From: Podarcis pityusensis
Taxonomy: Eukaryota
Direction: 5' to 3' (one strand)
Length of the DNA: 64,000 nt
NCBI GenBank assembly: GCA_964106645.2
Contig: OZ067042.1
In this document: positions 56,141 to 64,000 of the stretch, piece after piece
Layout of the letters: the number at the start of each line of letters is the position of its first letter
How positions within the stretch are numbered: the first letter of the stretch is position 1
Position numbers and translations under genes: made by a program
Notes under the pieces: model-generated
Databases searched by the model: none
The model's input: only the letters and a program-made list of their open reading frames with translations
What the model was told of the DNA's origin: nothing

Positions 56141-56527
56141 CAGGTTAAGAAGTTCCCATGATGCCTCAGCATTCTGACGTCAGCTTTCGAAGCTGGGAGG
56201 AGTTTCGTCTCTGTTCCCCTCTGTTCTCTGAGGGAAGAGGTCGCAGTTTTTAGTCATGGAGGCGGTGAGCCCAGGAGATTCCTGGGGAAAGTCGGAATAA
56301 AGGACTGATATTAGACAAACCTGGTCTCTGTGTGTTTGTCGGAAGCTGAGTGAAGCTATGTGACAGTTTTCACCGCTGTGTTTAACTCTGCTGAGGCGTG
56401 ACTGGAGAGCTACTGAAGACGGAGCTGAGTGGCGCAGCTAGGAGGAAGCGCGCCGGGCATAAAGAGCTAATTGTGGATCGTAAATCAATTAGCGGGGGTC
56501 ACGCCAAACCAATAAATCAATTCAACA
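56122..56527 (+). repeat. 3' LTR (406 bp) with AATAAA at 56296 (followed by a GT-rich tract) and at 56511
   Basis: Direct repeat of the 5' LTR, immediately preceded by the polypurine tract. Confidence 0.95.
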
Positions 56528-57630
56528 AAGGTCACTCATTTCAGAGTCTCTGAATATGCACAGCTTTTGTCCTAATCTTAGACGCTGCCAAAAAAATGGA
56601 AACAGCAGCCATCATATCCTGATCTAGATGAATGAACAAGAAATGCCTTGGGAATTCCCAATAGCTAACCTCCTACTTTCCCTTTTTTCTTTGAGTTTTG
56701 ACCGAAATGGCTGATACTCAATGACTATCTTGATCCATATAGGGAAGATGGTGTGTCTATGGTTCTGCTTTTTCAAGCAACACTTCCATTCTGACCTTCA
56801 CAAACAGATGGGAAGTTGAACACTTGGTCACTTGGTTCTAAATTCAAGCTCTTGGGCTCATTAATATTATGCTAACACTAACTCTTTAAACACTAAACTT
56901 TTGCTGGAAACATTTATTTGTTTTAGTTTGGACATGAACCTCATAAAACTAATGTGTTGTTAACATGCAATACCCTTGGATGTAAAAAACGCTGATACTA
57001 ATATTACCTGTTTCAACAGTGTTTGAATTTTCCTGTTAGACCCACAAAGTTTATTTATTCTATGCTCTTCATTTTGGGGCCTTTTCTGGTTTTTATCGAT
57101 AGTAATGATGCAACAGATGTGTAATGACAGGAAGCTTTGGAGCATTTGACACCAGCCAAAGATCCAACCTTTATCTGAGAGCAGATGTCTATATTACATA
57201 TCTAGAACATGTGTTGCAGGGGTCGGGATCCCATGACCTTCCAGATGTTGTTAAACTCCAGATCCCATTAGTCCTGAAATCTTCTCCTTCATGGCCTTAA
57301 TGGACATGTTATCCAGGAATGTTTCTATCCCCTGCCTATGATGCTAGAGGAGAAGGGGTCCACAGTGGTTGTAGACAAGATCTTCAGTAAGCTGTCCATT
57401 TCCCCCAAGGCACAGGCATGAGCAAAGTGAGACTTAAGATAAGCTGATGTTAGGCTCCTGCCCTGGCACCTATACCCACATTATTGTCTGTGTATCTCTT
57501 CGTTGAATTTCTACCTTTCTCCTCATTGCATCATGTTGCTATTTCCCAACTGCATTTCTTTTCTCTATCTTTTCCTTCCTTCTTGTCTTTGTGTCTTTCC
57601 CTCTTCTTTCTCCCCTCCCGAACCCCTTAG

Positions 57631-57708
57631 ACATGTCCGACTTTCAGAACAATAATGATAATCGTAGAGTGGCAGATATGAGTCAACGCCATGACAATCT
57701 CTCCACAG
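57631..57708 (+). CDS. KIF1A: KIF1A exon 15 5' extension via upstream alternative acceptor (78 nt): (Y)[25 protein letters not shown](V)
   Basis: Very long pyrimidine tract ending ccccttag at 57630. The extension is open and in frame with exon 15 and is a multiple of 3. Confidence 0.8.
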
Positions 57709-57842
57709 TGACCAATGCCTTGGTAGGAATGAGCCCGTCCTCCTCACTCTCAGCCTTGTCCAGCCGAGCTGCTTCGGTCTCCAGTCTCCACGAACGCATC
57801 ATGTTTGCTCCAGGTAGTGAAGAAGCCATTGAGAGACTGAAG
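57709..57842 (+). CDS. KIF1A: KIF1A exon 15 (short form): [44 protein letters not shown]
   Basis: ctctccacag|TG...AAG|gtaaga, 134 nt. The sequence is diagnostic of KIF1A rather than KIF1B or KIF1C. Confidence 0.96.
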
Positions 57843-58091
57843 GTAAGAGCCAAGATCATGCATGCCATATTTGTACTACAGAGATATTGATGGTGGGAAA
57901 TTTGGTAGAAAGAGACCATAGCAGAGACTCCATAGTTAGTCTCCAGTGTTGCCTTTAAATATTATAACCTTGTTCAGATAATGTTGGAAATAATTTGAAG
58001 CCACCTGTTAACTATGATCAGGTCAAACGTGAATGTGCACTGTGCATATTCCAGTCGTGGAATAAAGTTGTTCTGATTGTTGCATCCTGGA

Positions 58092-58222
58092 CAGGGAATC
58101 TGAAGCCCTCCAGAAGTTGTTGGACTCCAGCTCCCATCAACCCCAGCCAGCATAGCCATTGACTGGGGATGATGGGAGTTTTAGTTCAGCAAAACTGGAG
58201 GGCCACAGATTTACCATCCCTG
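58092..58222. mobile_element. Palindromic hAT-like MITE copy
   Basis: Same family as 11678-11815; flanks TCCTGGA / TCCTAGA. Confidence 0.75.
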
Positions 58223-58278
58223 TCCTAGAGAAAGGTTGATAAGCTCTGCATAATGCATTGCAGGCAATATATTCCTAG

Positions 58279-58392
<114 letters not shown>

Positions 58393-58998
58393 TAGGAGTC
58401 AAGCTATCAGTCTGGTGTGGTATATTCATATAAAAAGTTCACACCTGAGTCTATGTGGTTTGACATTTTGTTTCATCGCAGTATGGCCTCAGTATAACAG
58501 AGAAACACTCCATGTATTGGCAGAGAGCCATCTGTGAAAGTCATCATGAGGAGCAATTGCCACATGGAGGCTGTTTCAGCTCATAGACTCCCCATTTATG
58601 ATGACTAGAGAGCCTGGGATGCTGGGAATTATTGGGCCAGGAAGAACCATTTCATACGTTACTTTTTGAAAAACGCATAGTGCATGTTGGAGTGCAAGAA
58701 ATCTCTCCCTGCCCCATCAAGTTTAGCAGAAAGCCAAGTGAAGAGGGCTCATCTTTAATTTCATCACATGTTTCCTCTAAAAGCATGGCTGTTTCTGTGC
58801 CTCAGAGCCTGCTGTTAACATTTACCTATGCTACTTTTCCACTCACCCCTGTTTATCCTTCCCCAGCATCAATACTTCCCCAAGACCAGCATTTTAATGA
58901 TTTATGTCTGTTACCATCAATTTTGTTTAGAGAGCATGGTGCAGTCTCTTTCTGAATGCTACAAGATCCAGGCCTTGGCAGAGTTGTTTAAGTTCTAG

Positions 58999-59151
<153 letters not shown>

Positions 59152-59164
59152 TAATGGCTATATG

Positions 59165-59205
<41 letters not shown>

Positions 59206-60252
59206 ATAAAATATAGAGACAAAACTCCACCTGAGACTCTGGTGATACATAGAAGTTTTCATTAGCATTTTGAATGAATGTTTTGCCCCCTTTCTGAATG
59301 GGCTGCTGCTGCTGCTACACAATTATTACTCATCTAGCGATAGCCCATATTAAATTTCTATTAGAAGATCCAGCAGTAGCTTGTTTCTGTTTCCATTGGG
59401 CTGCTTGAAAGAAACAGAATTAGGCCTGTCCTGCTGAGTAGTTACACTTGGGGGTACTCCCTTATTCATAAGAACATAAGAAGAGATCCATCTACTCAGT
59501 GGCCAACAAGATGGCACAAGGGAGCCCACAAGGAGAGCATGACAGATATTCAGCAACCAGTCGTCAGTGGCATCTTGCCTCCAAACATGAGGGTCCCATT
59601 TAGCCTTCATGGTTAATAGTCATTGATAGACCCATCTTCTGTGCATGTGTCTAATCCCCACTAACAGTCCACTCCAGTTGCTGGAGGACCAAGAACTCTA
59701 TGAATGCATATTCTCTCTTCATTCATTGATATTTTAAATCAAAATCTCTTGCTATTAAAACACATAGATATGTTAAAGGTGTTTTTCTTCAGTACAGTGA
59801 ACACGAAAAGAGGACTGTTTGATAGCACTTTCCCCACCCAACAGCATAGGGAGGCAAGAAGTAGAACTAATGGTGTTTGTACAACCCTATAACCCAACTG
59901 CCTAGAACTAGTCTTCTTACATCATATTAGTTATGCTCAGGCAGAGCCAAAAGAAGCCTTGTCCTGATTCTAATACAGTTTATCAACCCCTGTTCTTCTG
60001 GGTATGTGTGAAATTATTACAGGTCCAATAGCACAACGTATTTCAGAAGGTAGCAAGGAGTGGGGAACTCAACACTCTAGCAAGGAACATCAATGTTAGT
60101 TCCTTAGGTCTTTGTTTCATTTATCAAAATTTACATATGATTACTAGAACAGTTTATAGTAGAACACTTTGATTCATATGTTTGTGATAATGATTTATTT
60201 TGACATATTGCGCATTTGAATTCTTTTTTTTCTTTCTTCCTTTGTCACGTAG

Positions 60253-60327
60253 CCACCCCCAGTCAAACCCCCAGTTAAACCCCAGGATGTTTTCCTGGAG
60301 AGTGTAGGGGTGTTTTCCCCCAAGAAG
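60253..60327 (+). CDS. KIF1A: Putative additional 75-nt cassette exon of KIF1A: PPPVKPPVKPQDVFLESVGVFSPKK
   Basis: Strong pyrimidine tract then cgtag|, donor AAG|gttggt, phase 0/0, no stops. It ends in the same GVFSPKK as exon 17 with only synonymous changes. Confidence 0.72.
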
Positions 60328-61580
60328 GTTGGTCTTGTTAAGGGGTTGTATTGGAGTGATCTGTGTGATTCCTTTTCAGACAATTGGTTTGTACTGTTTG
60401 GTGCCAAGAAAACATTCTGAATTCTGTACACGGTGACTAGAAGTAGTTCAGGGAGAAGGAAGGCACAGCAACATTCAGCATGTTTTCTATGAATTACATA
60501 ATTGAAATCATTACAAAGGGTGATGTAATAAGCTTGTTTGTTCACCCATGACTCTGCTCCATGTCACAAGCAAAGTATGTTACGTTACATGGTGCCTAAT
60601 TCAGTAGTGGAGAGAGCTCTGCATCATACTGCCTCCTCTCTCCAGAGAGGCCTCAGGTGTTGATTGCTTAGAGGCAGGAGAACAGAGCTCAGCCATGGCG
60701 GTTGCATCTGCGTGCCTGCTCCAGTAACTGCTCATACTTATAAGCAGGGCTGTCAATCAACTGATTGTAATCATTTCACTGCCTTACTTCTGACTGATTG
60801 ATCAGCGTTTAAAGTGCATTGGTACAGCTTTTCAGTGAAGATGATAATTTCATACTGAGAACAGTTGTTGAAACTTAGGGTTCATCCACACTTCCATTTG
60901 CCCATCTGCTTCCCCCCTGGAAAACCCATGGTTTAGCGCTAAATTGGAACAAATGGCAGTTGAGTTTTCAGCCTCCCCCCCCAATTTAGTGTTAAAGAGC
61001 AGGTTTTCTGGAGTTGAAGCACAGGACAAGTGGAAAACTGCTTGGACGCATGTTTGCTATTTGTGGGATTCCAATCCTTGCATGAGTAAATGGTATCTGG
61101 TCCACTTTGCATGGTGTTCAGATTGCTGTGATAGTTGCAATGCTAATATTTTTCCAAGAAGGGATTCCATGATGGCAATGGCAGTAATGTTCTGTAAGTC
61201 ATTTGATCTAACATAATGTTGATCTGTTGAACCCCCAAAATGAGGACCTTGCACGTGGCAGAGTGAGACCTTTGAAATTAAAATGTGCTTCTTTTCTGAA
61301 CACTTGGTAATGTGAGCATGTTGTTTCAGTAGGATGAATCACATTTTTATTAATAATTTTTATATCACTTTGTATTGTGTGGGGAAATGCTTGATAAAAT
61401 GGCTCATTATTTCCATTTTGGAGACATAGAAATTGAAGGAAATAAACTTTCTAAGACAAGTAGCTATATGTTTGAAGGCAGGGCAGGAGGAGAGTTTTGA
61501 TGTTGTGCAGTTGCTGCTCCTTACTCTGCAAGAAGATCTGATACAAGAATCTCAAGCAGAAGTGAAAAAGCCTTAGAGAG

Positions 61581-61925
61581 CATACCCTCCAACATTTCTT
61601 CAATGAAAATAGGGACGTCTCAGTCCATAATGATAATTTTACTATTTATACCCCACACATCTTACTGGGTTGCCCCAGCCACTCTGCGCAGCTTCCAACA
61701 CATATAAAAGCATAATAAAATATTAAGCATTAAAAAAAACCTTCCCTTTACAGGAAGGTGGCTCAGATGGCTTGGGGTCGGATAACTCCATATCCTCGAA
61801 CATTTCTCCAATGAAAATAGGGACATCATAAGGAAAAGCAGGACATTCTGGGATTGAATCAGAAACTGGGACAGCTTCTCTAAATCAGGGACATCCCTAG
61901 GAAATAGGGACACTTGCAGGGTCTG
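61581..61925. mobile_element. hAT-like non-autonomous element
   Basis: Termini CATACCCTCCAA / TTGCAGGGTCTG and multiple subterminal AGGGAC motifs. Confidence 0.65.
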
Positions 61926-63114
61926 AAAGAGGTGGACTTCTGGCCCTTGCAAATATGAAAAGTGGCAGTGTTTTTTGTGACTGCATACATAATATTTTTG
62001 GAATGTAAATGCGTGTTGAAGTTTGAGGCCTTGAGTAATTAAGGTGGGGCTTGCAGTTTGGTTATACACTGATGATAATTGAATGATTTTGCAGGGATTA
62101 GCGAGTTCATTCTGCTTTTTGCACAGTCAGGACAGAAAATGGAGGTAGCAGAGCTTTCCCTCTTCTTATAAACTTTATAAATCAAGTATATGAGGAAAAT
62201 GGAAGGTGCAACTTCAACTGAGTTACTGAGAATTTAAAATATGGCTATGTTTTCATGGGAGGTATGTGTGTGAGTGTGTGTAAAGGGTGTATGGATCTGG
62301 CCCCTGCCAATGCTGGGATATAGCCCCCAACAACTTTCCATGCACCCCTCAGCCTAAAAAGGTTCTACGTTGTGATTGGAGGAGTCCCCATATGTCATCC
62401 ATTGGATCATACTGATGAAGTGAATCTTAATGTGTTAAGTCTTTAAGGTGCCACAAGCAGACCTGCCAACTGTCCCATTTTAAAGTCAGTCCCGGCTTCT
62501 GTTTCTATCCTGGAATGTCCTTTTTTTTTTTTTTTGGTCTGTTGCTCTGGCATGAGTGCCTGACCAAAAGACACTCACTCTGGCGATTGTCAGCACAGTC
62601 GCACCAAAGCAGCTTCTGGTTCATCACTCTGGTGCGACTCTGTCGACGATCGCTGGAGTGCCGGATGAGAGTTGGGTGGGAGGGTGAGTGGGAATGGGGG
62701 GGGGGCAAGGGTGAGCAGCACAGGCAAGCAGTGAGTGGTTGTGAAGGGCGAGCAGTGGGGGCGGAGGCATGGCGGAGGCATGGCGGTGGTGGCGGCAGGC
62801 CTACCCCACACCCGCTGAACTTAGCTGTTCCCCTTAAATTTGGTGGCAGGCACTGTCTATCAGCCTGTGCTCAGGTAAGATTCATCAGGCCCCCCCCACA
62901 TATGTGGAATATGTGTGTGGGGTGGGGGTGGGGTGGGGTGTGGGGTGTGGGATGGAAGCAAAACGTCTTGGGCTATTAATGCTGTGGCACATTTAGGTCA
63001 CTCTGAAAAAGGGCAGACTTGTCAGAAGAGCAAGGCTAGGCCTTGGCCTGTGAAAGAAAAGGGTGTTAATCTCTCTCCCCCCCCCCCGCTCTACCTCTCT
63101 CTTGTCTCTCTTAG

Positions 63115-63194
63115 ACACCACATCTGGTCAACCTAAATGAGGACCCACTCATGTCCGAGTGCCTTCTGTATTACATTAAAGATGGAATAACCAG
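63115..63194 (+). CDS. KIF1A: KIF1A exon 18 (start of FHA domain): TPHLVNLNEDPLMSECLLYYIKDGIT(R)
   Basis: ctcttag|ACA...AG|gtaata, 80 nt. The gene continues beyond the window. Confidence 0.97.
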
Positions 63195-64000
63195 GTAATA
63201 ATGATAGTAACAATTACAACTTTGCCAGGATTAACAGAGAAGATGGACATTGATGTGATTTTCACCAGCAGTTTTACATTCAAATGTCAACTGGAGATGT
63301 CACAGACTGAATTTGGCACATCGAACCTTTTTGTATGTGTGCATGGTTATTTATAACATCTCTACATTGCCTTTCCATCTAAAGGAAAAACCCCCTAGGC
63401 AGTGTACAGCACAAAACATTAACAAATACTAAAAGTAGTAAAACACACTTAGTTACTCTCCAAGTCTGTGCATGCATATCTAGCAGTGAAGAAGCGGGAA
63501 AACAGCAAAAAATATACAAAAATACAACAACAAAAATGTACAGCAAAAGGATGGATTATCCAAAACCATCCAACTATTTAGGAGCCAGAAAGTGGCAAAG
63601 CTAAAAGGATTTCACAGATCACTTTCTTCTTTCATACATACATTCAGCTAAGGCAGCCTTCCAGCCTGATGCCCTCCAGATACTTTGGACTATGTACCGG
63701 TTAGGGCTGATGATAGTTGTAGCCTGAAACATCTGGAGGGCACCTGGTTGGGGAAGGCTAGACTAAGGAGATCCATGTGTGGAAGCAGGCTTCTGCAATC
63801 CATATACATATAATTTGCTGGAACAGAGTAACTATGAGTGTAAATCACACAAGCGTCTGAATGCAAATACTGCCTAGATTTGCTTTCAGTGGGATGTGTA
63901 TTTGAACCTTACCCACATTTTGGTAAAGGACTCATGCTTAAGTACCTAGATCTGGACTGGGGATTGAGTCATTGCCTAGAGGACATTTCAGAGCTGTAAC

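Larger units (their letters stand above)
53767..56527 (+). mobile_element. Non-autonomous Ty1/copia-type LTR retrotransposon, 2761 bp, recent insertion
   Basis: Two 406-bp TG...CA LTRs, 5-bp TSD AAGGT (53762-53766 / 56528-56532), PBS GGTTATGGGCCC at 54173, PPT AAGAGGGGG at 56113-56121, and degenerate gag/pol remnants. Confidence 0.93.

Noticed and set aside
60253-60327. Interpreting the 75-nt exon as mutually exclusive with exon 17
   Set aside because: Exon 17 is 76 nt and starts in phase 2, while the new exon is phase 0/0. Swapping them would frameshift, so only additive inclusion keeps the frame.

Overview
Vertebrate genomic DNA. The repeat content (Sauria SINE, squamate L2, Tc1/mariner and hAT MITEs) points to a lizard, probably a lacertid. 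The window holds the 5' part of KIF1A (kinesin-3 neuronal motor) on the + strand: a CpG-island promoter, a probable non-coding exon 1 (donor at 4379/4380) and 17 GT-AG coding exons from the ATG at 19062 ([16 protein letters not shown]...) to the start of the FHA domain at 63194. The gene continues beyond the window. Two features stand out. (1) A previously unrecognised-looking 75-nt frame-preserving cassette exon (60253-60327, PPPVKPPVKPQDVFLESVGVFSPKK) duplicates the GVFSPKK end of the preceding exon with only synonymous differences, at the CC1-FHA junction. (2) A very young, non-autonomous Ty1/copia LTR element (53767-56527; LTRs identical by eye, 5-bp TSD, half-tRNA-Met PBS) is inserted in sense orientation right after the motor+neck exons. 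It carries a strong splice acceptor and poly(A) signals, so it is a potential gene trap yielding a tail-less ~400-aa motor. Also present are combinatorial alternative splicing of the neck-CC1 hinge, a K-loop microexon, a 55-bp-stem hairpin, nested transposons and many microsatellites. Exon numbers are counted with the non-coding exon as exon 1. All family assignments are from recall and manual reading, not database searches.
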